NCBI GenBank assembly: GCA_045657225.1
Contig: JAZOSR010000033.1
Location: 1-56,638 of the forward strand
DNA from: Eubacteriales bacterium
GTDB taxonomy: Bacteria; Bacillota; Clostridia; Oscillospirales; CAG-272
Direction of reading: 5' to 3'
DNA: 56,638 nt
Of this stretch, positions 10,801 through 18,607 are shown piece after piece; the stretch's first letter is position 1; every line of letters starts with the position of its first letter. The translations under genes were made by a program, and so were the position numbers. The notes below the pieces were generated by a model. The model saw only the letters and a program-made list of their open reading frames with translations, was not told the DNA's origin and did no database searches.

Positions 10801-12068
10801 TTATCCGTAAACTTATATTCACCGCCGGTGATCGTCAGGATCGCGCCGTTGTCGATCACGAAGCTCAGCGACAAAATATCGGTGTTCGCGGGGAAGCCCT
10901 CAAGCGCCTTTGCAACAAGATCCGCCGAGGAAGCAATGGTATAGCTTTCGGTCAGCTTATAAACGTAGGACGCCATGCTGATCTTCGCGGACTTGGAAAA
11001 GTCGATCTTCTCAACATCCGTGTTGTCCGTCACCACAAACTCACCGCCCGTGATGGTATAAGTCAAAAGCTGATTATAATAAGTACCGCCGATCTCGAAG
11101 CTACCGCCCGAAATGGCAAGCGTGGCTGCCGCCTTAAGACTCGCCATTGTCTCGCCTATGCTAAACGAGCCGCCGTTCAGAGTAAGAGCAGTCATTTTCA
11201 CGTTTTTGCCGGAAACACCGATCAACTCGTCGGACGTGGTAACGGTACCGCAATTCTGCACGTATGTCAAGCTCGATCTCAGGGCTGTGTAAACCAAATT
11301 CTTACACGTAACAGTCAGGGTGCTGTCAGCAGCTCCCGCAACACCTACCGTAAAGCTTGCTACGCCATCGCCATTCGTACGTGCGAAATAATTTTCAACG
11401 GTAAAGGTACCCGCCTTTACCACAACGCTGCCCTGCTCCTTTTGACGCAGATACGCAAAATCCTCAACGGTGTACGAGCCACCCTCAACGAGAAGCGAGA
11501 AGCGAAGAGCCGCATCCTCGGTATAAACAAGCGCTTTGGATTGCGTCACCGTATTGGCGGAGCCAAGCATCTTGATGCTGACGTCAGCCGCAGTTACACA
11601 GATCGCATAGCCCTTTTCGGCAGTTAAGGTCACACCGGTAAACTCAAAGGTCGTACCGGCACCTGCCAAGGTCAGCGCCTTATCGGCAGACACCAGAACA
11701 AGGTTGTTGATCTTAACCGTTTTTCCGTTGCCGGTCGTAAGGGTCAGCACCGCATTCAGCGTGTTGCCGCCGCCCTCGATCGTAAAGCTGTTCACATTCG
11801 TCACCGCAACGGACGAGCTGCCGAGATCCACGCTCTTCAGCAAATAAAGCGTGCCGCCCTCGGGGACGCTCGCAAAAGCGCCGTCAAACGTCAAATAATA
11901 CGTTGCGGCTCCGCCGGCATTTACAACCTTGTAGTTGTAGTTAGCCTCGACAAAGCCTTCCGTAGCGGAGGTATCGCCGTCTTGCGCGGCAGACACGGCA
12001 AGCATCGTCATCAAGCACATGACGACCGCCAGCACCGCGAAAAGTAGGAAGCGAAGTTGTTTTTTCAT
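4860..12068 (-). CDS. Giant secreted/surface protein (~2400 aa) with GG-x-F repeats (probable beta-helix) and a distinct C-terminal domain
   Basis: Start MKKQLRFLLFAVLAVVMCLMTMLAVSAA (signal peptide) after an AAAGGAG RBS; dozens of (I/V)xGG(T/S/E)F-like repeats. Confidence 0.85.
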   Translation of the reverse strand: MKKQLRFLLFAVLAVVMCLMTMLAVSAAQDGDTSATEGFVEANYNYKVVNAGGAATYYLTFDGAFASVPEGGTLYLLKSVDLGSSSVAVTNVNSFTIEGGGNTLNAVLTLTTGNGKTVKINNLVLVSADKALTLAGAGTTFEFTGVTLTAEKGYAICVTAADVSIKMLGSANTVTQSKALVYTEDAALRFSLLVEGGSYTVEDFAYLRQKEQGSVVVKAGTFTVENYFARTNGDGVASFTVGVAGAADSTLTVTCKNLVYTALRSSLTYVQNCGTVTTSDELIGVSGKNVKMTALTLNGGSFSIGETMASLKAAATLAISGGSFEIGGTYYNQLLTYTITGGEFVVTDNTDVEKIDFSKSAKISMASYVYKLTESYTIASSADLVAKALEGFPANTDILSLSFVIDNGAILTITGGEYKFTDKDVIDIINGGVKIVDGVFESNKNVFHCNQGSTATIEIEKGTFKGEYVIQIDKSSTATVLIADGTFNGTRVIQIEDAAKANITINGGSFNGTYAVVYSVANSKTELAISKGTFHTEAGEGVVYAYGAINLNITGGSFTSKRTGMPVFLLRQTSGSTAQTPFTFVLKNATINSYRGIVFTNKDGSLYYDCTFENVKWNNTSTSYGMVEIEQTAVVTMSIAGGSYSAPHLFMAKGTGSFDLTIDGGTCTASTSFISNTSTATISLTVKNGTLKAPAELIATEKAVTLSVEGGTVNAATLFKTEAATVTLNVSGGKIKTTNDMLALGGTAKATVTVTGGTFETAKTVFVLPTGSSATVSGGTFTNPENVFMLGDGVTAVISGGEFTLTGTQSYVFGGNAAGASVTGGSFTVDNFIELVDFSRATKVVIKNSGYFEVTQPGEYVINTLADFAAILSTSGSANFEYPATGWFSLHINAPGVKVIYNLNVPLEVFTEYLVKVSQGEAVFTAGKYTLGTKSAFVVGDNGVLSIQDASFALTGEGSTFLSGKTDNVTIGEDVKISAGNYANVPFGDLYANATITIKNQAVLHMQNKFVASVTTSAQLIAAIKGTLPENMKMDAGVKWINLIIDNDESVVTIERGTYVITGQYVFKIIKGTLNILAGTYQIPGGTIVEMEGGSLNISGGKYYANCLVKQLSGTTEIVVANIEFNRAKPADSTNANPKNAFVFEEGSVSSLTVKAAYITSAGSAIVLNKARVTIDGDATIKNTGKEYLILVNSGSVLTVKDGTYIVGDSAKSPIYSDGASNVRVNIDGGNFVGSKSMPVIYFKNVKTGTNKLKITGGTFFGMRLFVANNSVLEEISLSGLTLNKMYNDKNDTTLPKELMTLQGSAGKINVLTLGEGNNVNVSGTLISVLDKTAVTTVQIKGGTYRAGLSSFNTKGEATLNISATGGITAFAENLIKAEGTSKVQLTINGGDLATAGMDALYFNKLDTATIEIDAITGSFSINQNAGIPDYSEYDFKNITVHVNSSTLEIKTAQNLTLGPDDTALFAEMINEQLAQYNGRFKNDLTYVGTGIPSIFLNHPNATLTLTAGEYSSQNDAVAIVAKGTLNATGVIFTGPKHGIMIKNTGSVTVNLTDCVFVTEDHGIYVTASDENAERKINLKNTSATSTNGVPIYLNGGNNTVTIGTRGEADSGVFKPLSKSNGAILAKACEGAVYNLTINGGHFEAGALTSTVILNTSWSLTVNGGEFQHNTAQDYKHILELNGTSKGLTINGGVFSYNANPWVAGSVEAVEPTKANGNITEYVKAKAGYGAILFANFTLEEGATAEINGGKFNANGEGTYDKYADEFTQKRKATHVVGINYGQEGLVIIVNDINFTGAMFANITKQNSQLHINGGMLAMNTTFKNYIRFIDLNANNLTLTMTGGTMLYNTHAYIGFSVRKPTTVVNISGGIVEGGARQICFDGSATGATVNISGDATFRNPDYDLNDTSKPMIQVASGTMNISGGHFIVPMNAQMTMFYSTGGEFNITGGLFESSNHIFNINNKGGSPNVTISDGVFKLCETGDMFNITNGAEAKPGTFLITGGTFEASDTSGFLRYSSPHATSTFTIKGGTFTGSKARLFYMVNCKANLTIEGGTFVATKSSNLFYVKDNNSGWLTITGGEFVFENVNNKAADHALLNVAAKTESHVKIAGGVFVDQRKGSTQTFLKMNPFAEVIFTGNYKVYTTEQKEYLYRDYDNIVNGSLNFLPTVFKETWDGDGKQYYVQAGFATENDVLTVTTAQLRPNYDGFGIRWSASITAANLQALSAKGTLSYGTLIFPTEYLPKWYNCTDIHAALKSAATAKGKQESQVFVDVAAQNGLVTAEDGSVSFSASLVNIKKENEARSFTGIPYVLVTAANGTKTYYYGTTGTGLANMTYQIAVRNCLSDISEMAQKTADGRVYCYLIAEQTVGFRRIAPRMQTMLLMSLPEEMRAAFLPEKDKK

Positions 12069-12153
12069 AGTTTTGGCTCCTTTGTTGATTTTGCTTTCAT
12101 TACCGCAGCACAAAAACGCGGTAATTGTGCATTTTGTTATCAAGCACATTTTT

Positions 12154-12182
12154 ATTTTATTAAATAATATAAACAATGTCAA
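12154..12182 (-). promoter_or_regulatory. sigma-A promoter for giant protein gene
   Basis: Minus strand TTGACA-17 bp-TAAAAT. Confidence 0.65.
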
Positions 12183-12294
12183 GGCGTTTTAAAAAAGTTC
12201 ATATTTTCGCAAGAAAAAATTGATATATCCGCGCGCTTCTTCCCCTCCATTTTTGCACGCATACGAAATTTATTCTTTTTTCGGCGCATATCTC

Positions 12295-12323
12295 TTGCAA
12301 TTGTGCTTGTTTTATGCTACAAT
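12295..12323 (+). promoter_or_regulatory. sigma-A promoter for aminotransferase-trpS
   Basis: TTGCAA-17 bp-TACAAT with TG extension. Confidence 0.6.
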
Positions 12324-12355
12324 AAAATATCAATGTCAAGTGGAGGTCTACTATT

Positions 12356-13570
12356 ATGGACTACCGTTTTTCGGATAAGCTGGCGGCGCTGAAGCCCTCC
12401 GCCATTCGTGAAATATTCAAAAGCCTGACCGATCCGTCGATCATTTCCTTCGCGGCGGGCAATCCCGCGGCGGAATCCTTCCCCGTGGAGGAGCTCTCGC
12501 GCATTTCCGCAGATATCTTCGCAAACAACGCGGCATTTGCCCTGCAATACGGCATTACCGACGGCTACGCACCCCTGCGAGAGGCGGTTGCCGCACGCCA
12601 AAAGGCGGTCTTCGGCATTGGCAGATCGACGGCAAACGGTGACGCGTTTAACGACACGACCGTGATCGTTTCGGGCGGTCAGCAGGGCATCGAGCTTGCC
12701 TGCAAGGCGCTTTGTAACGAGGGCGACGTCGTGCTCTGCGAAAATCCGAGCTTTATCGGCGCGCTGAACGCCTTCCGCTCCTGCGGCGCACGCACGGTGG
12801 GTGTCGAAATGGCGGAGGACGGTATCGATCCCGACGCACTTGAGGCGGCGATCAAGGCAAATCCGCAGGTAAAGCTTCTCTACCTCATTCCCACGTTCCA
12901 AAACCCCACGGGCATCACCACGAGCGTGGAAAAGCGCCGCCGCATCTACGAGATCGCCAAGCGCTATTCCCTCCCCATTCTCGAGGATAACCCCTACGGC
13001 GAGCTTCGCTTTGCGGGCGAGGAGGTCCCCACCATCAAGCAGATGGATACCGACGGACTCGTCATTTACTGCTCCTCCTTTTCAAAAATTCTTTCCGCGG
13101 GCATGCGCGTCGGCTTCGTTGTCGCGCCCGAGGAGATCGCCACCAAAATGGTCGTTGCCAAGCAAAGCGAGGACGTACATACTAATCTCTTTTTCCAAAT
13201 GCTCTGCCACCGCTTCATGACAGAATGCGATCTTGACGGACATATCGCGAAGATCCGTGCCCTTTACCGCCACAAATGCGACCTGATGCTCGCCGAGCTT
13301 GAAAAGCACCTGCCAAAGAGCGTCAGCTTCACCCGTCCCGAGGGCGGACTCTTCCTTTGGTGCACGCTCCCCGAGGGTGTTGATATGCCCGCCTTTGTCA
13401 AGAGCGCCATTGCCAAAAAGGTAGCGGTCGTGCCGGGTACCACCTTCAACTGCGACGAAAACGCCCCCTCGCGCTCCTTCCGCCTCAATTATTCCACTCC
13501 CTCCGATGAGCAGATCCGCGAGGGCGTGAAGCGCCTTGGCGAGGCGGCACGCGAATTTTTGAATATTTAA
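12356..13570 (+). CDS. PLP-dependent class I aminotransferase (LysN/ARO8-like)
   Basis: PSAIREIFK, ISFAAGNP, PTFQNPTG, EDNPYGEL and SFSKILSAGMRVG (PLP lysine). Confidence 0.9.
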   Translation: MDYRFSDKLAALKPSAIREIFKSLTDPSIISFAAGNPAAESFPVEELSRISADIFANNAAFALQYGITDGYAPLREAVAARQKAVFGIGRSTANGDAFNDTTVIVSGGQQGIELACKALCNEGDVVLCENPSFIGALNAFRSCGARTVGVEMAEDGIDPDALEAAIKANPQVKLLYLIPTFQNPTGITTSVEKRRRIYEIAKRYSLPILEDNPYGELRFAGEEVPTIKQMDTDGLVIYCSSFSKILSAGMRVGFVVAPEEIATKMVVAKQSEDVHTNLFFQMLCHRFMTECDLDGHIAKIRALYRHKCDLMLAELEKHLPKSVSFTRPEGGLFLWCTLPEGVDMPAFVKSAIAKKVAVVPGTTFNCDENAPSRSFRLNYSTPSDEQIREGVKRLGEAAREFLNI

Positions 13571-13590
13571 CCTTTGAGAGGATATACACT

Positions 13591-14592
13591 ATGTTTGGTG
13601 AACAAAAAATCTGTTATTCCGGCGTTCAGCCGAGCGGCAATCTCACGATCGGTAACTATCTCGGCGCCATCCGCAATTTTTCGACCTACAGCGACGCGTA
13701 CAAGTGCTTTTACTGCGTGGTAGACGAGCACGCCATCACGGTACGCCAAAATCCCGCCGAGCTTCGCCGCCGCACCTATGAAACGCTTGCCCTTTACATG
13801 GCTTGCGGTCTTGATCCCGATAAAAATACCCTTTACGTACAATCGCACGTCCCCGCGCACGCCGAGCTTGCGTGGATCCTCAACTGCTACACCATGTTCG
13901 GCGAGCTTTCGCGCATGACACAGTTTAAGGATAAGAGCGCACGCCACGCCGACAACGTGAACGCCGGGCTCTTTACCTACCCGACGCTGATGGCATCGGA
14001 TATTCTGCTCTATCAGACCGACGTCGTGCCCGTCGGCATTGACCAGAAGCAGCACGTTGAGCTCTGCCGCAATATTGCCGAGCGCTTCAACCAAATATTC
14101 CCCGATACGTTTACCGTGCCGGAGCCCATTATTTCCAAGAACGGCAAAAAGATCATGTCGCTTGCCGACCCCACAAAAAAGATGAGCAAGTCGGACGAAA
14201 ACCAACACGCCGTTGTCTATATTCTTGACGATCGCGATACCATCATCCGCAAATTCCGCCGCGCCGTCACCGACAGCGACACCGCCGTGCGCTTTGCCGA
14301 GGGCAAGGACGGCATCAATAACCTCATGACCATCTACTCCTGCTTCAACGGCAAAACGATGGAGGAGATCGAGCGTGAGTTTGAGGGCAAGGGCTACGGC
14401 GACTTTAAGCTTGCCGTCGGCGAGGTCTGTGCCGATGCGCTCGCTCCCGTTCAGGCGCGCTACCGCGAGCTGCTTGCCGACAAGGCGGCGCTGGAGGCGC
14501 AAATGAAGAAGGGTGCCGAGGAAGCCGCGTATTACGCACGCAGAACACTCTCGAAGGTGCAAAAGAAGCTCGGCTTCGTCCAAGTCAGATAA
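13591..14592 (+). CDS. trpS: Tryptophanyl-tRNA synthetase
   Basis: SGVQPSGNLTIGNYLGA (HIGH variant), YPTLMASDIL, VPVGIDQKQH and KMSKS. Confidence 0.97.
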   Translation: MFGEQKICYSGVQPSGNLTIGNYLGAIRNFSTYSDAYKCFYCVVDEHAITVRQNPAELRRRTYETLALYMACGLDPDKNTLYVQSHVPAHAELAWILNCYTMFGELSRMTQFKDKSARHADNVNAGLFTYPTLMASDILLYQTDVVPVGIDQKQHVELCRNIAERFNQIFPDTFTVPEPIISKNGKKIMSLADPTKKMSKSDENQHAVVYILDDRDTIIRKFRRAVTDSDTAVRFAEGKDGINNLMTIYSCFNGKTMEEIEREFEGKGYGDFKLAVGEVCADALAPVQARYRELLADKAALEAQMKKGAEEAAYYARRTLSKVQKKLGFVQVR

Positions 14593-14605
14593 TTATGAAC
14601 GATTC

Positions 14606-14640
14606 TCGCCCCGCGACGCAATGCCAGCGGGGCGATTTTT
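14606..14640 (+). terminator. Intrinsic terminator after trpS
   Basis: TCGCCCCGC..GCGGGGCGA followed by TTTTT. Confidence 0.65.
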
Positions 14641-14679
14641 ACGAAAAAGTGCGCCAACGGGGCGCAAAACGGAGGGGTT

Positions 14680-15654
14680 ATGCGTATCCATATCATCTTT
14701 ACGGGCGGCACGATCGGCAGCCATTTGGAAAGCGGCATCATCTGCACCGCAAGGCAGGCACCGCGCGCGCTGCTTGTGCGTTACCGCGAGCGCTACGGTG
14801 ACACAACCGATTTTACCTATAGCGAGCCTTACACGATCCTGAGCGAAAACCTCACCTTTTCGCATTTAGTGGCATTACGTGATGAGATTTTGCGGCAAAG
14901 TGAAGAAAACGACGCCATCATCGTCACCCACGGCACCGACACGCTCCCCTTTACCGCGTCGGCACTCTCCTACCTGTTAGGTCTTAGTAAAACACCCGTC
15001 GTTTTGGTCAGCTCCAACTACGTTTTAAGTGATATACGCGCTAACGGTATCGAAAATCTCGCATCTGCGCTTGCCTTTCTGCGTCAAACACCGAGCGCGA
15101 GGGGCGTATTCGTTGCCTATCAAAACAAGGGTGAGGCGACAAATATCCACCGCGCCTCGCGCCTCCTTTCGCACCTTGCCCCCACCGACGAGGTGCGCTC
15201 GCTTAACGGCGTCGTTGCCACGGTAACGGACGGGGACGTGGTGTTTGCAAGAGATTTTGCGGAAAATGCCGACCAACGTACCCCCTTTTCGCCGCGATCC
15301 GATATTGCGCCAAGCGTGCTTCCCTTAAAAATCGCACCGTGTATGCGTTATCCTACGCCAAACGACGGTATCGACGCAATTTTGCTTGAAACCTACCACA
15401 GCGGCACACTGCCAACGGCGCTTGCCGATTTTCGTGCGTTTTGTGCCGACTGCCGCAAGAGGAATATCCCCTTGCTTGCCGCAGGCATCACGGGAGAGGC
15501 GATCTACCAAAGCGCCACGCTCTACAGCGAGCTCGGCATCACACCCCTGCCCCGTATGAGCCCCGTCGCCGCCTATATGAAATTATACCTGGCGCTCGCC
15601 TGCGGGGAAGATCCGCGCGATGCGCTGTCGCAATCACTCGGCGGTGATTTTTAA
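14680..15654 (+). CDS. Asparaginase/glutaminase family protein (type I-like, divergent)
   Basis: IIFTGGTIGS and THGTDT signatures; GGAGG RBS. Confidence 0.8.
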   Translation: MRIHIIFTGGTIGSHLESGIICTARQAPRALLVRYRERYGDTTDFTYSEPYTILSENLTFSHLVALRDEILRQSEENDAIIVTHGTDTLPFTASALSYLLGLSKTPVVLVSSNYVLSDIRANGIENLASALAFLRQTPSARGVFVAYQNKGEATNIHRASRLLSHLAPTDEVRSLNGVVATVTDGDVVFARDFAENADQRTPFSPRSDIAPSVLPLKIAPCMRYPTPNDGIDAILLETYHSGTLPTALADFRAFCADCRKRNIPLLAAGITGEAIYQSATLYSELGITPLPRMSPVAAYMKLYLALACGEDPRDALSQSLGGDF

Positions 15655-15660
15655 CAAATA

Positions 15661-15689
15661 TTGACATTTTCCCCATACCGTGCTATAAT
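15661..15689 (+). promoter_or_regulatory. Consensus sigma-A promoter for CHR pair
   Basis: TTGACA-17 bp-TATAAT with TG extension. Confidence 0.85.
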
Positions 15690-15723
15690 ATTGAGCCGTA
15701 TTAACTAAGCGAAAGGAACAGTT

Positions 15724-16338
15724 ATGAACGAAACGTCCACCCAAAAACCAAGCAAATTGCGCACCGCTCTTCAGCTTTTTCTGATCATGTTTAAGATCGG
15801 GCTGTTTACCTTCGGCGGCGGCTACGCGATGATCGCCATTCTTGAAAACGAATTCGTCAGCAAGCGAAAGTGGATCGAGCACGACGAGTTCGTGAATCTC
15901 ATCGCCATCGCGGAATCGACTCCCGGTCCCATCGCCATCAATTCCGCCACCTACATCGGCTACAAAAACGCGGGAGTCCTTGGCTCTGCCCTGGCAACGC
16001 TCGGCGTCGTGCTCCCCTCCTTTATCATCATTTTCACCATCTCCCTGTTTTTTGACGCCTTCCTTGCACTGAAGGCGGTCGCCGCCGCGTTCCGCGGCAT
16101 TCAGGTCGCCGTGGTGTTCCTTATCCTCTCGGCGGGCATCAAAATGTTCAAGAAAATGAAAAAAACGCCCTTTAATCTGACCGTCGCGAGTGTCACGCTT
16201 GCAGCGCTCATCGTCATTGACCTCTTTGCCCTGAATTTCTCCTCCGTTTTCTTTATTTTGATCGGTGCCGCGCTCGGCGTATTCGTCTTTTTGGTCGGCA
16301 ACATCAAGCAATCGGAAGATAAGGAGGTCAAGAAATGA
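15724..16338 (+). CDS. Short-chain chromate transporter (CHR) subunit
   Basis: FKIGLFTFGGGYAM and AESTPGPIAIN. Confidence 0.9.
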   Translation: MNETSTQKPSKLRTALQLFLIMFKIGLFTFGGGYAMIAILENEFVSKRKWIEHDEFVNLIAIAESTPGPIAINSATYIGYKNAGVLGSALATLGVVLPSFIIIFTISLFFDAFLALKAVAAAFRGIQVAVVFLILSAGIKMFKKMKKTPFNLTVASVTLAALIVIDLFALNFSSVFFILIGAALGVFVFLVGNIKQSEDKEVKK

Positions 16339-16904
16339 TCTACTTAAAGCTTTTTCTCACGTTCTTAAAGATCGGTGCCACCACATTCGGTGGCGGCTAC
16401 GCCATGATCCCGATCATGCGCGAGGCGGCACTGTCAAACGGTTGGCTCACGGACGGCGAACTGATGAACTTTATCGCCGTTGCGGAATCCACCCCGGGCC
16501 CCATCGCCATTAACATGGCAACCTTTGTCGGCTCCTCGGAGGGCGGCATTCTCGGCTCCGCGTGCGCCACACTCGGCGTTGTCCTTCCCTCCTTCGTCAT
16601 TATCCTGCTGATCGCCTCCCTTATCAAGCGCTTTCTTGAGTACCGCGGCGTGCAGGCGGCACTGCTTGGCATCAAGCCCGTGGTCGTCGGGCTTATCCTT
16701 TCCGCCGCCATCACCATGGGGCTTTCCCTGTTTTTTGCCATCGATACCGTCCCCGCCACGCCCACGTTTGATTACAAGAGCGTGATCCTGTTCCTGTTGC
16801 TTGCCCTCATCGCCTTCGGCTACAAAAAATGGCGCAAAAAGGCAATTTCTCCCATTTTGCTGATCGTCCTCGCAGGCATCTACGGCATCGCCGTTTTTCT
16901 ATAA
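16335..16904 (+). CDS. Short-chain chromate transporter (CHR) subunit
   Basis: KIGATTFGGGYAM and AESTPGPIAINMAT; ATGA overlap with the previous gene. Confidence 0.9.
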   Translation: MIYLKLFLTFLKIGATTFGGGYAMIPIMREAALSNGWLTDGELMNFIAVAESTPGPIAINMATFVGSSEGGILGSACATLGVVLPSFVIILLIASLIKRFLEYRGVQAALLGIKPVVVGLILSAAITMGLSLFFAIDTVPATPTFDYKSVILFLLLALIAFGYKKWRKKAISPILLIVLAGIYGIAVFL

Positions 16905-16931
16905 TACGTCATATCGCAAGCATCACAAACG

Positions 16932-16967
16932 CGCAAAAGCCGTCGGCAAACGCCGACGGCTTTTGCG
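16932..16967 (+). terminator. Intrinsic terminator after CHR pair
   Basis: 16-bp stem CGCAAAAGCCGTCGGC-aaac-GCCGACGGCTTTTGCG. Confidence 0.75.
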
Positions 16968-16991
16968 TTATTACAAAAAAGACAAATTACC

Positions 16992-17020
16992 TTGACAAAA
17001 GTAAATATGTATGATAGAAT
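16992..17020 (+). promoter_or_regulatory. sigma-A promoter of polysaccharide locus
   Basis: TTGACA-17 bp-TAGAAT with TG extension. Confidence 0.75.
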
Positions 17021-17063
17021 GTAAATATTAATATATTAATCATATAAAAATTAAGGAGCAGCT

Positions 17064-17714
17064 ATGTACAAGCATTTTTTTAAGCGCCTGTTCGATATCG
17101 TGTTATCCTTCATTGGTTCAATTGCATTATTGCCCTTTTTCCTCATCATTGCTATCGCCATTTTTATTGACGATCCGGGTCCCGTATTCTTTAAGCAAAA
17201 ACGAGTGGGAAAGGGCAAAAAGCTTTTTTGGCTCCATAAATTCAGAAGCATGAAGGTAAAAACCCCAGACGTGCCGACGCACTTGCTTGAAAATCCGCAG
17301 CAATACATCACCCGTGTCGGTCGGTTTCTGAGAAAAACCTCTCTTGACGAGCTTCCCCAAGTATTTGACATTCTCATTGGCAAAATGTCGATCATCGGTC
17401 CTCGCCCCGCGCTTTGGAATCAAGACGATCTGATTGCGGAGCGTGACAAATACGGCGCTAACGACGTGCGCCCCGGCCTTACCGGCTGGGCACAGATCAA
17501 CGGCAGAGATGAGCTGGAGATCCCCGTCAAGGCGGCGCTTGACGGCGAATACATACAAAAAATGGGCTTCCTGTTTGACTGCAAATGCTTCTTTGGGACG
17601 ATCACCAGTGTCCTCAAATCCGACGGCGTCGTCGAGGGCGGTACGGGAGAAATGCACAAGCAAGAGGAACAGCCCACCGAAAATCAAAAGACTTTGGAGG
17701 AAGTAGCAAAATGA
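17064..17714 (+). CDS. Priming phosphoglycosyltransferase (Bac_transf family)
   Basis: KRLFDI, GPVFFKQKRVG, KFRSM, SLDELPQ, MSIIGPRP and PGLTGWAQING. Confidence 0.95.
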   Translation: MYKHFFKRLFDIVLSFIGSIALLPFFLIIAIAIFIDDPGPVFFKQKRVGKGKKLFWLHKFRSMKVKTPDVPTHLLENPQQYITRVGRFLRKTSLDELPQVFDILIGKMSIIGPRPALWNQDDLIAERDKYGANDVRPGLTGWAQINGRDELEIPVKAALDGEYIQKMGFLFDCKCFFGTITSVLKSDGVVEGGTGEMHKQEEQPTENQKTLEEVAK

Positions 17715-18607
17715 CGAAGGTCAGCGTAGTTGTGGCAACGTACAAGCGCGAGGAATCTCTTGTCAAGGCTCTTGATTCCCTCGCTGTACAAACCTACTCG
17801 GATTTTGAAATCGTTTTGGTTGACGACAACGGAAATCCCGATTGGAACGAAAAGGTAGATGCCATTGTAGAAAGCTTCCGACAATCAAATCCGCAAGTTT
17901 CCTTACAGCATATCACCAACAACCCCAATCAGGGCTCTGCCAAAACAAGGAACATCGGCATTGCCGCCGCCACGGGAAAATACGTCACGTTTTTGGACGA
18001 CGACGACGTGTACTTACCGCCAAAGCTCGAGCGTCAGGTCACATTTATGGAAAGCGGCGACTTGGATTATTCCGTCACCGACCTTTTCTTGTATAACGAG
18101 CACGAAAAGCTCATTGATAAGCGCATTCGCTCCTACATCAAGAGCACTGCTAACGAAGACCTTCAACGCTATCACCTGATGTACCATCTGACGGGCACGG
18201 ACACCATGATGTACACGAAGGAATACCTTGAAAAGATCGGCGGCTTCTCCCCCATTGACGTTGGCGACGAGTTTTACCTCATGCAGCGCGCGATCGAGGG
18301 CGGCGGCAAATTCGGCTACCTTGAGGGCTGCGACCTGAAGGCATACGTCCACACGGGCGAGTGTGGCGGCGTTTCGAGCGGCGAGGGAAAGATCAAGGGC
18401 GAAAATCAGCTTTACGAATACAAAAAAAGCTTTTTCGATAAAATCAACGCAAGCTCCAGAAGATATATCAGAATGCGTCACTACGCCGTTATTGCTTTTG
18501 CACAAGTGCGAAGAAAGCATCGTCTTGCTTTTGTTGGCAATGCTCTGAAATCCTTTGCTTGCGCACCAATCCAATGTGTTGGGTTACTCATGGAGAAGAA
18601 AATATGA
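17711..18607 (+). CDS. GT2 glycosyltransferase
   Basis: VSVVVATYKR, EIVLVDD, TRNIGI and FLDDDD; ATGA-coupled start at 17711. Confidence 0.9.
   Translation: MTKVSVVVATYKREESLVKALDSLAVQTYSDFEIVLVDDNGNPDWNEKVDAIVESFRQSNPQVSLQHITNNPNQGSAKTRNIGIAAATGKYVTFLDDDDVYLPPKLERQVTFMESGDLDYSVTDLFLYNEHEKLIDKRIRSYIKSTANEDLQRYHLMYHLTGTDTMMYTKEYLEKIGGFSPIDVGDEFYLMQRAIEGGGKFGYLEGCDLKAYVHTGECGGVSSGEGKIKGENQLYEYKKSFFDKINASSRRYIRMRHYAVIAFAQVRRKHRLAFVGNALKSFACAPIQCVGLLMEKKI

Noticed and set aside
4836-11627. Long plus-strand ORFs (603, 569, 478 and 424 aa) opposite the giant gene
   Set aside because: Antisense shadow ORFs expected from codon bias; no recognisable domains. The same applies to the shadows of trpS, gap and proS.
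12069-12182. 38-aa N-terminal extension of the giant ORF
   Set aside because: The TTG start coincides with the predicted -35 box; the RBS and signal peptide support ATG 12068.
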